A stretch of DNA of 64,000 bases from Candidatus Falkowbacteria bacterium (lineage in GTDB: Bacteria; Patescibacteriota; Patescibacteriia; UBA11705; JACRDX01), in assembly GCA_043798985.1 (NCBI GenBank), contig JAZDOE010000001.1, forward strand, positions 309 through 64,308, read 5' to 3'. The notes beneath the pieces are model-generated. The model searched no databases, had not been told where the DNA came from, and was given only the letters and a program-made list of their open reading frames with translations. Positions 20,854 through 31,115 of this stretch are shown here, piece by piece (position 1 is the stretch's first letter; each line of letters opens with the position of its first letter). Both the position numbers and the translations under genes were made by a program.

Positions 20854-22049
20854 AAATTTGCATAATAACAAATTTATACCAGCCGCATAGTCGCGGCGGC
20901 GCGGAATTGATTGCCAAAACAATGGCAAACGGTTTTGTCAGCGCTGGTGATTCAGTTGTTGTTATTTCAACAAAACCAACGCGCGGTTTATCCGTGGATC
21001 AGGCGAGCGGGCGCATGCGAATTTATCGTTTCCTGCCGCTGAATATTTTTTATTATTTAAATGATTATAAACACAGCGCGCCAATCCGGTTGCTGTGGCA
21101 TTTTTTTGACATGTTCAATTGGCACAGCGCCAAAGTTGTCGCCGGAATTTTGAAAAATGAAAAACCTGATTTAGTCGTCACACACAATTTAAAAGGCATT
21201 GGTTTGTTAATACCGCGCGTAATCGCGCGGCTGAAATTAAAGCATGTTCATGTTTTGCACGATGTTCAGCTTGTTGTTCCATCTGGTCTGATTTTGAAAA
21301 ATCACGAGCAAGATTTTTCCATTGTCGGCTGGCCGACAAGAGTTTACGCTGGGATTTGTCGCTGGTTGTTTGGCAAAGTTAGTTTTGTCGTTTCGCCATC
21401 AAAATGGTTGCTTGATTTTTATGTTAGAAATGGATTTTTCAAAAACAGCCAGCAACAAACTATTCGCAATCCTGTGGTTGGCGTAGAGACGAGACATGTC
21501 TCGTCTCTGCAAAAGACCAATCAATTTTTGTTTGTTGGGCAAATTGAAAAGCACAAAGGCATTGATTGGTTAGTAAATTTTTGGAGGAAAAAGAATATTG
21601 CTGACGAATTGTTGATCGTTGGCCATGGATCGTTGAAGCATGGCTACGAAACTGCAAATCAGGACGAATGTTACAAATCTGCGAATATTAAGTTTTTTGG
21701 AAAAAAGACGAGGGAAGAGTTGGAAGAAATGTACCGGCCAGCTGACTTTTTAATCGCACCGTCATTATGTTATGAAAACTCTCCGACGGTGATTCAATCA
21801 GCGTTCCAAAACGGGGTGCCGGTGATTGTCGCTGATATTGGCGGCGCGGCAGAATTGGTTGAAAATAAAAAAACAGGATTTATTTTTCCTGCTGGCAACG
21901 AAGACGCGTTGATTAAAATCTTGGAAAATATCAAGTTGCTCGCGGACAAGGATTATCAAAAAATGTCAGAGCAATGTTTGGAAAAGTCGCGAGATTGGGA
22001 TGTTGAAAGATATATCGTAGCTTGTAGGAAGATAGCTGGTAGCTTGTAG
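20850..22049 (+). CDS. Glycosyltransferase family 1 (GT4), carrying an in-frame palindromic insertion (VETRHVSSLQ)
   Basis: N-terminal RGGAE glycine loop and C-terminal E.SPTVIQSAFQNGVPVIVADIGG motif. It overlaps the previous GT gene by 4 nt. Confidence 0.85.
   Translation: MKICIITNLYQPHSRGGAELIAKTMANGFVSAGDSVVVISTKPTRGLSVDQASGRMRIYRFLPLNIFYYLNDYKHSAPIRLLWHFFDMFNWHSAKVVAGILKNEKPDLVVTHNLKGIGLLIPRVIARLKLKHVHVLHDVQLVVPSGLILKNHEQDFSIVGWPTRVYAGICRWLFGKVSFVVSPSKWLLDFYVRNGFFKNSQQQTIRNPVVGVETRHVSSLQKTNQFLFVGQIEKHKGIDWLVNFWRKKNIADELLIVGHGSLKHGYETANQDECYKSANIKFFGKKTREELEEMYRPADFLIAPSLCYENSPTVIQSAFQNGVPVIVADIGGAAELVENKKTGFIFPAGNEDALIKILENIKLLADKDYQKMSEQCLEKSRDWDVERYIVACRKIAGSL
21485..21508. repeat. Perfect 24-bp palindrome agagacgagacatgtctcgtctct inside the GT CDS, in-frame. 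Member of the GTAGAGACG family.
   Basis: Its reverse complement is identical. It encodes ETRHVSS on both strands. Same sequence family as the copies at 7987, 40347 and 44742. Confidence 0.8.
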
Positions 22050-22085
22050 AATAAAAAATCGGCCCAGTAGTCTGGACCGGTTTTT

Positions 22086-23174
22086 TTATAAACCTTTTAA
22101 ACTTAATCCCATTCTGTATTCGTTTGGTTCCAAAGAAACAATTTTGAATTTCATTTTATCGCCAGCTTTTGCAATGTCGCTTGGGGTTGCTTCTTTGTCT
22201 GACAATTCAGAAACATGCGCCAATCCTTGTAATTCTCCATCCAGTTGGACAAACAAGCCATACGGATTTACTTTTGCGATTGTTCCTTCAACAATGTCTC
22301 CGATTTTATATTTTTGTTCAATCCCGATCCAAGGATTTGCGCTAAGCTGTTTTACTGACAAAAACATTTTGGAATTATCAATTTTGATAATTTTTACCTG
22401 AAGTTCCTGTTCGACTTTGAACAATTCATTTGGGTCGTCAATTCTTTGCCACGCCAGTTCAGAAATGTGGATTAGCCCTTCCAGCCTTTCTCCAAACTCC
22501 ACGAACACTCCGAAATTTGTTATGGCAGTCACTTTGCCGGGTATGATGTCGCCTTCCTTATACTTGCTAAAAATTTCTTTTTTCGTTTCTTCCCACGCCG
22601 CTTTTTCAGAAACGATTAATTTTTCTTCATCTTCGTCAGCGGTAATAATTTTGACGGCCAATTCTTCGCCAGCCAGTTTTTTCAGGCGTTCAAGAATTTT
22701 GTTCTTGTCACCGCCAGGGACGCGCGGATAATGCTCTGGACTTAATTGAGAAACCGGCAAAAATCCGTTCAATTTTCCATAGGTGACCAATAAGCCGCCT
22801 TTGTTCGCGTCTTTTACGCGGACATTCACAATGCTGTTTGCCTGCATTAATTCGTGCAGACCGTTCCAGACTTTTTGATGGCCGGCATAACTGAATGAAA
22901 GTTCCGCGAATCCAAGCTCGTTTTCTCCTTCCAAAACAGTGGCTTCAACAGAATCGTTGACTTTTAGGTTTTTGTATTCGTCAGAATGAGTGTTCAGCTC
23001 TTGGCCGCGCACAATTCCGACCGCGATTCCGTCAATGTCAACCAAAATTTGGTTGCGTTTGATTGCGATTACCGTGCCTTTAACGATTTCGCCTGCTTCT
23101 GGCAGCTTTGGCGTACCGTCTTTTTTGTCCAAAAGCTCGGTCATTTTTGAATTTTCTACGATTGCATTAGACAT
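22086..23174 (-). CDS. rpsA: 30S ribosomal protein S1 (four S1 domains)
   Basis: 362 aa with repeated S1 motifs (G.V..I..FG.FV.L..GL.HISE). Confidence 0.9.
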   Translation of the reverse strand: MSNAIVENSKMTELLDKKDGTPKLPEAGEIVKGTVIAIKRNQILVDIDGIAVGIVRGQELNTHSDEYKNLKVNDSVEATVLEGENELGFAELSFSYAGHQKVWNGLHELMQANSIVNVRVKDANKGGLLVTYGKLNGFLPVSQLSPEHYPRVPGGDKNKILERLKKLAGEELAVKIITADEDEEKLIVSEKAAWEETKKEIFSKYKEGDIIPGKVTAITNFGVFVEFGERLEGLIHISELAWQRIDDPNELFKVEQELQVKIIKIDNSKMFLSVKQLSANPWIGIEQKYKIGDIVEGTIAKVNPYGLFVQLDGELQGLAHVSELSDKEATPSDIAKAGDKMKFKIVSLEPNEYRMGLSLKGL

Positions 23175-23440
23175 CGCTTAATGCTCCTTTCTTTGTAAGA
23201 TGCACTAAGCGTAGCGCAGGCGATTTAAATTGTCAACGCTTGATTTTTTGTTCACATTTTGGGCTTTCATTTTTTATTAAATTCTGATAGAATGTAATAA
23301 GAAAGTAGAAACTGGAAACTGGGAATTAGGGTATATGAATATGCGTAATTGCAATTTTTTAAACCATAAGTTGTAACCTCAATTTCTAATTTCTCAATTT
23401 TGTTAATTTCAATTATAAATTAATTAAATAGTATAAAGTT

Positions 23441-23953
23441 ATGGATTTTTCTTTAATAATAATAATTTGTCTTTTTGTATATCTGTGTATTTTTTTAAGA
23501 CTAATTTTGGTTAAGTTTAATAATACTCTTAATAAAAAAAGTGAATTGGAAAACGATAAAGATTCCTTTTATCCTGTGTTTAGCCGAGCAGAAATTAAAC
23601 AGCAGCTTTTTGATATTGAAATTAAGAAATTTAAAAAATCAAAAAAAGGTGATGAATATGACAAGCTACTTTCCGAGGAGAAAGAAAAAAATATTTTTCC
23701 GAGCGATAACATTAAGTATTTAATACGAGATTATTCTGAAGATGTTATTGAATACGAATTTTCCGAAAATAGATTAAACAAAATGTTGCAGGCAAATATA
23801 GACGTGCTAAATGGGAGTAAAAAAATTAATGAAGTTGACAAAGATAAAGTTTTGTGTGACATAATAGAAATGTTTGATAAAATTAAGCAAGGCAAGCTTA
23901 GATATGAAGAATGGTTAGAGCGAATACAAAGTAAAAAAGAGCCAAAGAAATAG
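23441..23953 (+). CDS. Hypothetical membrane-anchored Lys/Glu-rich protein in an AT-rich island
   Basis: 170 aa with an N-terminal TM (LIIIICLFVYLCIFL). The region is about 25% GC, far below the surroundings. Confidence 0.4.
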   Translation: MDFSLIIIICLFVYLCIFLRLILVKFNNTLNKKSELENDKDSFYPVFSRAEIKQQLFDIEIKKFKKSKKGDEYDKLLSEEKEKNIFPSDNIKYLIRDYSEDVIEYEFSENRLNKMLQANIDVLNGSKKINEVDKDKVLCDIIEMFDKIKQGKLRYEEWLERIQSKKEPKK

Positions 23954-24015
23954 CGCAACGTGGATAGTATTAATGGTAATTTAAGTAAAATTTCTGAGGG
24001 AAGTTTATAAAAATT

Positions 24016-24231
24016 ATGGCTAGAATAAATTTTGATTCAGTCTTTGAGCGAAGGGCTGACGGCACGTTAATTCCTCGTCAAAGGATACGCGTAGGGGGAA
24101 TTGAGTTGGGGCTAGGTGTTGTTTTTCGTCGGGGGGTCGCCTTTGGAGGCATAGATTTTACGCAATTTATAGGTCGCGAGCTTGATGTAGAGACAGACGG
24201 TGATATTTTGGTTATCAAAGGGATTTATTAA
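24016..24231 (+). CDS. Hypothetical small protein (71 aa)
   Basis: ORF with a Gly/Arg-rich beta-like sequence. It is GC-richer than the neighbouring AT-rich genes. No family recognised. Confidence 0.35.
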   Translation: MARINFDSVFERRADGTLIPRQRIRVGGIELGLGVVFRRGVAFGGIDFTQFIGRELDVETDGDILVIKGIY

Positions 24232-24235
24232 GTTT

Positions 24236-24529
24236 ATGGGTAAGAACGAAAAACCACAAATTATCATACCTGATCCAATCCATGAAGCGATAAATAGAAT
24301 TAATAAAGCAATATGGGCTATCGTTAGTATTTTGATCCTTGGTTTTATAACGATGCTTTTAATGGTAGCGGGTCTCGTTTTAGATGCATGGCGATTTAAA
24401 AGTAATTCCTATGAGGGTTTGATAGAGACGATACGGACGCAAGAAGAGATTATTAATAATAATAAAATTCAACAAGCCGAGGTGAAAAGTATTTTAGAAA
24501 ATATACAAAAGAAGTTACCGAAAAAATAA
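24236..24529 (+). CDS. Hypothetical small membrane protein
   Basis: One TM helix (AIVSILILGFITMLLMVAGLVL) and a Lys-rich C-terminus. Start is probably MGKNEKPQ, since the ORF-track start at 24200 overlaps the previous gene. Confidence 0.4.
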   Translation: MGKNEKPQIIIPDPIHEAINRINKAIWAIVSILILGFITMLLMVAGLVLDAWRFKSNSYEGLIETIRTQEEIINNNKIQQAEVKSILENIQKKLPKK

Positions 24530-24589
24530 AATGATTTTGGACAAATAAGTCTGATTTCAAAATTAAAAATTTAAAATCCAAAATTTTGT

Positions 24590-25249
24590 ATGACTATTCA
24601 ATGGTTAGGGCATTCATGTTTTAAGCTTTCAACAAAAACCGGCAACAACGAAGTGATCGTCGTCACGGATCCATATTCCAATGACATTGGTTTTCGTTTT
24701 CCGAAAACATCGGCTGATATTGTCACCATTAGCCACGATCATTTTGACCATAATAATTATCAGGAGATTAAGGGAAATTTGGAAGAAGCGCCGTTTATTA
24801 TTAAGGAAGCTGGCGAGTATGAGACAAAGGGAGTGTTTGTTCAGAGCATTGAGACTTTCCACGATGACAAATCCGGCGTTGAACGCGGTAAAAATCTGGC
24901 GTTTTTGATTCATATTGAAGATGCCACGGTTTTGCATTTGGGCGATCTTGGGCATGAACTTTCTAACGAGCAAGTTGAAGCAATCGGAGATGTTGATATT
25001 TTGTTGATTCCGGTTGGCGGCAAGTACACAATAAACGCGAAAATAGCGGTTGATGTTGTAAAAGCCATTGAGCCGCGGATTGTTATTCCAATGCACTATA
25101 AAATTCCGGGGCTGAAAGTTGAGATTGAAAGCGCTGACGCGTTTTTGAAAAATTTTGGCAGTAAAGTTGAGACGATGAAAAAGTTAAAGGTTGCAAAAAA
25201 AGATTTAATGGCAGAGGAAACCAAAGTCGTCGTGTTAGAGAAAGAATAA
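24590..25249 (+). CDS. MBL-fold metal-dependent hydrolase (UPF0173 family)
   Basis: HSCF...D.Y......SHDHFDH pattern of metallo-beta-lactamase-fold hydrolases. 219 aa. Confidence 0.8.
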   Translation: MTIQWLGHSCFKLSTKTGNNEVIVVTDPYSNDIGFRFPKTSADIVTISHDHFDHNNYQEIKGNLEEAPFIIKEAGEYETKGVFVQSIETFHDDKSGVERGKNLAFLIHIEDATVLHLGDLGHELSNEQVEAIGDVDILLIPVGGKYTINAKIAVDVVKAIEPRIVIPMHYKIPGLKVEIESADAFLKNFGSKVETMKKLKVAKKDLMAEETKVVVLEKE

Positions 25250-25275
25250 GGCGAGATTGCCGCGCTACGCTCGCA

Positions 25276-25527
25276 ATGACAAATGATAAACGAAAATTAT
25301 ATTTGATCATTTCAGTTGCTATTACCGCATTGTTGATTTTTATTTTTTGGCTTGGTAGTGTCGCGAGTGATTTTCAACAAATAGATGCTGGACAAAAAAT
25401 AGGGGAAAACGGCGTTAAGCAGGAAATAGAAAGTTTTTTCAGCGGCGTGAAAAGTTTTATTATAAAAGATAAGCAAGATTTGTTAAATAAATATGAAAAA
25501 GATTCCGCAAAAAGCACTGGAATTTAA
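25276..25527 (+). CDS. Hypothetical small membrane protein
   Basis: 83 aa with one TM helix ([19 protein letters not shown]). It overlaps the gyrA start. Confidence 0.35.
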   Translation: MTNDKRKLYLIISVAITALLIFIFWLGSVASDFQQIDAGQKIGENGVKQEIESFFSGVKSFIIKDKQDLLNKYEKDSAKSTGI

Positions 25528-27982
25528 TATTGGCAGAGTTGAACCTCGCCCAATTTTGGACGAAATAAGCGATTCATATTTGGATTACGCGATGTCTGTG
25601 ATTGTTTCGCGCGCGTTACCAGATGTGCGTGACGGTCTAAAACCGGTTCACCGCAGAATTTTGTACGCGATGTGGACAATCGGATTGCGCTCGTCCGCAA
25701 GATACAGAAAATCCGCGACAGTGGTCGGTGAGGTGCTCGGTAAATACCACCCGCACGGCGATGTGGCTGTCTACGATTCAATGGTGCGCATGGCGCAGGA
25801 TTTTTCAATGCGGTATGAGCTTGTTGACGGGCAGGGAAACTTTGGTTCAATGGACGGCGACGGCGCGGCTGCTATGCGTTATACTGAAGCGCGGCTCGCT
25901 GGAATCGCGGATGAATTGTTGCTGGACTTGGAAAAAAATACAGTTGATTTTATACCAAATTACGATGGCTCGCATAAGGAACCATTGGTTTTGCCGGCAA
26001 AACTTCCAAACTTGTTGCTGAACGGCGCCATGGGAATCGCGGTTGGTATGGCGACAAATATTCCGCCGCACAATTTGTCTGAACTTTGCGACGCGATTGT
26101 TTATTTGGTGGATAATCCAAACGCTGATGTTGATGATTTGGTGAAAATCGTTCAAGGCCCGGATTTTCCGACCGGCGGTATTATTTACAATATCAAAGAT
26201 ATTACCGAGGCATACGCGACTGGTCGTGGTCAGATTGTCGTGCGCGCGAAAGCGGATATTGAGGAAGACGCGAATGGAAAGTTTAAGATTATTGTGACAG
26301 AAATTCCATATCAGGTGAACAAATCTTCGCTGTTACAAAAAATCGCGGAGTTGGTTAAAGACAAAAAGTTTGATGAAATAAAAGATTTGCGCGATGAGTC
26401 TGACAAAGACGGCGTACGAATTGTGGTTGAGCTGAAAAAAGACGCGTATCCCAAAAAAGTTTTGAACAAATTGTTCAAGCTCACTCAATTGCAGACGAAT
26501 TTTAACGTGAACATGCTGGCATTGGTTGACGGAATTCAGCCGCGAGTTTTGACGTTAAAAGATGTTTTGTCAGAATATGTTAAGCATCGTCAGACCGTTA
26601 TCCGCCGCAGAACTGAATTTGATTTGAAAAAAGCGCAAGAGCGGTGTCATATTTTGGATGGTTTGAAAATTGCGCTGGACAACATTGACGCGGTTGTTAA
26701 GTTGATTAAAAAATCAAAGGATCGCGACGAAGCAAAAAAGGGTTTAATGAAAAATTTCAAGTTGAGCGAAGTTCAGGCAATCGCGATTTTGGAAATGCGT
26801 TTGCAAAATTTGGCAAACTTGGAACACATGAAAATTTTGGACGAATTAAAAGAAAAACTGGCATTGATTAAAGATTTGAAAACGATTTTGGGTTCAGAAA
26901 AGAAGGTTTTGAAAATGATTCAGGATGATTTGAAATATGTAAAAGAAAAATATGGCGACCAGCGTCGGACAAAAGTCGTGAAAGCTGCGCTCGGAGAGTT
27001 TTCGCAGGAGGATTTTATACCAAATGAGCCGACAATGGTAATGATTACCAAAGATGGGTATATCAAACGGTTGGCGCCAGATACTTTTAGGACGCAGCGT
27101 CGCGGCGGCAAAGGCGTTGTTGGATTTACCACAAAAGAAGAAGATGTTGTGGAGCAATTTTTCTCAACGATGACGCATAATGATTTGCTGTTTTTCACAA
27201 CTCGCGGCAGGGCGTTTCAAATGAAGGCGTATGATATTCCGGCGTCTTTGCGCACGAGCAAAGGGCAGGCATTGGTGAACTTTTTGCAACTTTCGTCAGA
27301 GGAAAAAGTGTCATCGGTTTTGAGCGTTGACGACATGGCAAGTTTTAAATATTTATTCATGACAACAAAGTTCGGTTTGGTGAAAAAGGTTGATGTCGCG
27401 GATTTTTCAAATGTGCGGCGCAGTGGCTTGATTGCGATAAAATTAAAAGATGATGACCGGTTGCAATGGGTAGAGCCGACAACCGGCAAAGACGAAATTG
27501 TTTTGGCAACAAATCGCGGCCAATCAATACGATTTTCGGAAAAAGACGCGCGCTCAATGGGCAGAAACGCGGCTGGCGTGCGCGGCGTGAGATTGAAGAA
27601 CGGAGATTTTGTCGTGAACATGGCAGTCATCAACCCAGCGTTCATTAAAAAAGAGCAATTGCTGACTGTCGGTGAAAACGGTTTTGGCAAAAGAACGACT
27701 TTGAAATTTTATAGAATTCAGAAACGCGGTGGCACTGGAATTCGCGCGATGAAAGTTTCATCAAAAACCGGTAAGCTGGTTTGCGCGCTGATTGTGAATT
27801 CTGAAGATTTGGCGCACGATTTAATGGTTATTTCAAAGAAGGGACAAGTGATTCGGTTGCCAGTGAAAAGCGTTTCTGAAGTTGGCCGCGACACGCAGGG
27901 CGTGCGTCTGATGAAGTTTAAAGCTGACAATGATACCGCGGTAAAAGTTTCTTTGGTTGATCAGGGCGTGGAGGAGGAATAA
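25493..27982 (+). CDS. gyrA: DNA gyrase subunit A
   Basis: N-terminal [27 protein letters not shown], active-site Tyr in [10 protein letters not shown], and a C-terminal beta-pinwheel repeat region. 829 aa. Confidence 0.95.
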   Translation: MKKIPQKALEFNIGRVEPRPILDEISDSYLDYAMSVIVSRALPDVRDGLKPVHRRILYAMWTIGLRSSARYRKSATVVGEVLGKYHPHGDVAVYDSMVRMAQDFSMRYELVDGQGNFGSMDGDGAAAMRYTEARLAGIADELLLDLEKNTVDFIPNYDGSHKEPLVLPAKLPNLLLNGAMGIAVGMATNIPPHNLSELCDAIVYLVDNPNADVDDLVKIVQGPDFPTGGIIYNIKDITEAYATGRGQIVVRAKADIEEDANGKFKIIVTEIPYQVNKSSLLQKIAELVKDKKFDEIKDLRDESDKDGVRIVVELKKDAYPKKVLNKLFKLTQLQTNFNVNMLALVDGIQPRVLTLKDVLSEYVKHRQTVIRRRTEFDLKKAQERCHILDGLKIALDNIDAVVKLIKKSKDRDEAKKGLMKNFKLSEVQAIAILEMRLQNLANLEHMKILDELKEKLALIKDLKTILGSEKKVLKMIQDDLKYVKEKYGDQRRTKVVKAALGEFSQEDFIPNEPTMVMITKDGYIKRLAPDTFRTQRRGGKGVVGFTTKEEDVVEQFFSTMTHNDLLFFTTRGRAFQMKAYDIPASLRTSKGQALVNFLQLSSEEKVSSVLSVDDMASFKYLFMTTKFGLVKKVDVADFSNVRRSGLIAIKLKDDDRLQWVEPTTGKDEIVLATNRGQSIRFSEKDARSMGRNAAGVRGVRLKNGDFVVNMAVINPAFIKKEQLLTVGENGFGKRTTLKFYRIQKRGGTGIRAMKVSSKTGKLVCALIVNSEDLAHDLMVISKKGQVIRLPVKSVSEVGRDTQGVRLMKFKADNDTAVKVSLVDQGVEEE

Positions 27983-27989
27983 TGTCATG

Positions 27990-28934
27990 CTACGTCTCTA
28001 TTTTTATTGAAAACCCCGCGGCTTTTTGATGACCGCCGCCGCCGAGGATGTTGGCCAGCAGGCCAACATCCACCCTGTCGGACGTTGTCCGCAGGCTGCC
28101 TTTTATAAGGCCGGCGGCGGCGTCAATTTTAATTACCATCGCCATTTTAATTCCGGAAATATAGTTCAAAAAATCGGTAAATTCGTCATTCACTTCTGGT
28201 TCATTTTCGTTAATCTCTTTCAATAATTCAGGAGGAATGATTATCAGCGCGACACCATAGCGTTTGTTTATTTTTACGGTCTTGAGTATTTTTCCCCAAT
28301 ATTTTAGCGCTTGTGGATTTTTGTTGTACCAAAGTTTTTGATTCATGTCTGCCAGATTAGCGCCGAGACTCATAAGTTTATCAACGATTTCCAGCGTTTT
28401 GGGAGTGGTCGTTAGATTCGCAAAAGAATCAGTGTCAGTGATAATGCCCAACAAAAGGCTGTTGGCAATTTGTTTATTAAGCGGAATTTGCCAGTTGGAA
28501 AATAGCTCAAAAATTATTTCAGTGGTTGCCGCGGCTTTTTCGTCAATCAAGTTTATGTTGCCAAAAAGATGATTGTTTGGATGATGGTCAATGTTTATCA
28601 TCGGGCATTTATAGTTGGTTGAAAGTTGGCCAAGCGGCGTGCGACTTATTTCGCCGCAGTCGCAGGCAATAATTAAATCAATTCTTTTTAATTCGTCTTG
28701 GTTTGTATTTGTCAAAATCGCATCTTGCGGCAAGTTAAGGAATTTATATTTGCCATTGTTATTGAAATTTTCCTGCGCGAGAATTTTTACATTTTTATTT
28801 TGGTCCAGAAGTTTGATGAAAAAATAAAAAGCAACAACGCAGCCAATGGTGTCGCCGTCTGGATTTACGTGTGTAAGCAAAAGAATGTTTTGCGCGCAAC
28901 GGATATTGATTAGTATTGCCTGCTCTTTAGTCAT
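27990..28934 (-). CDS. nrnA: DHH-family phosphoesterase (NrnA-like nanoRNase / pAp phosphatase)
   Basis: DHH motifs (HVNPDGDTIG, IDHHPNNH) and a DHHA1 C-terminus (GGGGHQKAAGF). Confidence 0.85.
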   Translation of the reverse strand: MTKEQAILINIRCAQNILLLTHVNPDGDTIGCVVAFYFFIKLLDQNKNVKILAQENFNNNGKYKFLNLPQDAILTNTNQDELKRIDLIIACDCGEISRTPLGQLSTNYKCPMINIDHHPNNHLFGNINLIDEKAAATTEIIFELFSNWQIPLNKQIANSLLLGIITDTDSFANLTTTPKTLEIVDKLMSLGANLADMNQKLWYNKNPQALKYWGKILKTVKINKRYGVALIIIPPELLKEINENEPEVNDEFTDFLNYISGIKMAMVIKIDAAAGLIKGSLRTTSDRVDVGLLANILGGGGHQKAAGFSIKIET

Positions 28935-29292
28935 GAAGCTCGTCGTCCGATCTCTCTCCAGCGACTCGGTCTATAATTTTTTCAATTTCAAATGCTTTTT
29001 CTTCGGTAAAATCCGGGATAAATGTTAATTCTGGCGTTGTGCGAAGGTATTTGATTCTTTTTGATAGTTCGCGTTTTATGAGGCCTTTGTTTTTTACCAA
29101 AAAACCAACCGCGAATTTTGTTTTGTCGCTTGGTATGGCGCTGATAAAAACCTTGCAGCTGTTCAAATTCGCGGCCACGTCAGTTTTTGCAACTGTTATG
29201 AATACGCCCGTTGGCAATTCAAGCTCTTTGTTTATTACTTCGCTAAGAGCAGTTGCAATAAGTTGGTTCAATTGTTTTTCGCGATGCGACAT
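28927..29292 (-). CDS. rbfA: Ribosome-binding factor A
   Basis: 121 aa with the KH-like RbfA signature (R..R....I...L..). Confidence 0.85.
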   Translation of the reverse strand: MSHREKQLNQLIATALSEVINKELELPTGVFITVAKTDVAANLNSCKVFISAIPSDKTKFAVGFLVKNKGLIKRELSKRIKYLRTTPELTFIPDFTEEKAFEIEKIIDRVAGERSDDELHD

Positions 29293-29505
29293 AGTTTTGT
29301 TTTGTAAATCTAATCATCATAAACCATCTGTTTTAAAAGGTCAAAATGAAAATATTGCACTGTTGACATACGTTGCCGTGCGTGATAATATTTTGATGTT
29401 CATTAACAATAGCCAGAGATTGGAATGTCCTTGCGCAGATTGCGAAGGAATGGCCAAGCTTGGCAGTATGCTGGCAAAATTGTCAGCAAAAAACGGAGGG
29501 GTGTC

Positions 29506-30684
29506 ATGGCTGATGGCGATGGGAAGGCAGTAAAATGCAATAGCTGTGTTGATGATTTGCGCAAATTGTTTCAGTCGCAACAAGTGTCGCGACAGGACAA
29601 AGTCTGTTTCGTGGTCGGATTGCTGCTGATGTGCGTGGTAACAACTTTGTTATGGCGCGGCAGTGGTTTGGTGGAGACGTTGTGTTGGTTTGGGGTGTTG
29701 TGCGTTGCCTGCGGGGGATGTTTGCCTGCTTGTTTCCATGTCTGGGATGCGCGTATCATCGGGATTGTGCTATATGTTGGAAGAGGCAAGGATGGGGAGA
29801 TTCATGTACACAAGACCATGCCGCAACAGCTTGGCGAGCACTACTTTTGGTCTGCCAATGTAGATGCTAAAGAGCTTGGTGATCAGCATGTTTTTGCGCC
29901 GGTGTTTAAGCTGCGACTTGGGAGTGTGTTTAACAGCAGCATCGTTGTTGGTGGGTTTCAGAAAAATGATCCGTGCGCTGTTGGATTGGGTAGGGCATGG
30001 TTGTGGTGGCATGGGTCGTCAATTGACGTGGAAATGTCTTACGGCGGGCAGGGCAGCAAGGTTGTTTTAGGTGCGTTGAGAGTTGAACGGGCGTTTAAGT
30101 TGTATGATTATTTGGTGCAACAACGACCCGGTTCAATTGGGTGGTGCATAGGTGAGCTTCGCGACACGCTTCTTGAGGTAGTAGAACAATGTACAAATCA
30201 TGAAGCAATCGCGAAAAATGCGTTGTGCAAGTTGACCAGATGCAAGCAAGCGCTTGCAAAATGTGCTGTGCAGAGAAACGCATTGATGCTTCGCGTTCAG
30301 CGCATTGTCATGTTGCTTGCGGCAAGCAAGGCGATTGAAAAGTCGCATACTTCTGCCGCGGCGCGGCAAATGCTTGAAAACGCGCTGGTGTTGGTCATTG
30401 GTAATGAACTCTCTGGCGTTGGAAACTACAATCAAGATATGTTTCCCGGCAGAGAGAAAGACACTGATTTGAATACTGCTGTGGACAATCTGCTTCGCGG
30501 AATGATGCAATATCCAGAAGTTTTCAAACGCATTCCGGGAGAGACGAGCATAGACAGCGTTGTTGACGCGCTTGCTCGTGTCATCGCGGAGCAAGAGTAC
30601 GAGTTTCAGAGAACGATCATGGTGCGGATTGATAAGGGCACTGGCACAGAGAAAATGGATTTGGGTACAGGAAACAAGCCATAG
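29506..30684 (+). CDS. Hypothetical membrane protein, high-GC island 'D' (Cys-rich two-TM N-terminal region plus a soluble domain)
   Basis: TTGACA promoter at 29373, -10 GATAAT at 29394, SD AACGGAGGGGTGTC-ATG at 29506. GC is above 50%. The ORF-track start at 29425 lies upstream of the SD. Confidence 0.55.
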   Translation: MADGDGKAVKCNSCVDDLRKLFQSQQVSRQDKVCFVVGLLLMCVVTTLLWRGSGLVETLCWFGVLCVACGGCLPACFHVWDARIIGIVLYVGRGKDGEIHVHKTMPQQLGEHYFWSANVDAKELGDQHVFAPVFKLRLGSVFNSSIVVGGFQKNDPCAVGLGRAWLWWHGSSIDVEMSYGGQGSKVVLGALRVERAFKLYDYLVQQRPGSIGWCIGELRDTLLEVVEQCTNHEAIAKNALCKLTRCKQALAKCAVQRNALMLRVQRIVMLLAASKAIEKSHTSAAARQMLENALVLVIGNELSGVGNYNQDMFPGREKDTDLNTAVDNLLRGMMQYPEVFKRIPGETSIDSVVDALARVIAEQEYEFQRTIMVRIDKGTGTEKMDLGTGNKP

Positions 30685-30693
30685 CGCGTTGCG

Positions 30694-30726
30694 CGGCGTT
30701 CAAAATGAACGCCGCGGTTTATTTTA
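30694..30726 (+). terminator. Rho-independent terminator after island D (gcggcgttc-aaaa-gaacgccgc-ggTTTATTTT)
   Basis: Perfect 9-bp stem followed by a T-rich tail. Confidence 0.75.
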
Positions 30727-31115
30727 TGGTTGCAAAATGTAGGGTTGTGGATAAGTTTGCTTGAAAATTTTTAGAAATTTTGCAGTCTGACATTTTGGCT
30801 AAAATAAGCCAAATTCCGTTTTTAATATAAAAGCGCGCGCGCCAGAAGGTTTTTCTATTGACACGTGCAAAATTCTTTGTTAGTATTAAATCATCATTCC
30901 TCTTATTAAAATCTTTGGCACAAACGTCGCGAGATCGCCCAAAATAAAACTTATTTTGCGTTGAAATCTATTTTCTGGCGCGCGCGTTTGGCAAAGAACC
31001 CACTAATTAAACTTGTTCTCTTGAAGGGGCTTCGGAGCAACAGGTTACAAAATACATGACCGTGGGGACTCAAAATTAAATACTTTTAAATACCTCGTTC
31101 TCTAAGGAAGCGAGA

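Noticed and set aside
29039-29533. + strand 164-aa ORF antisense to rbfA
   Set aside because: Antisense to a conserved gene with no translation signals. Island D's real start, with its SD, is at 29506.
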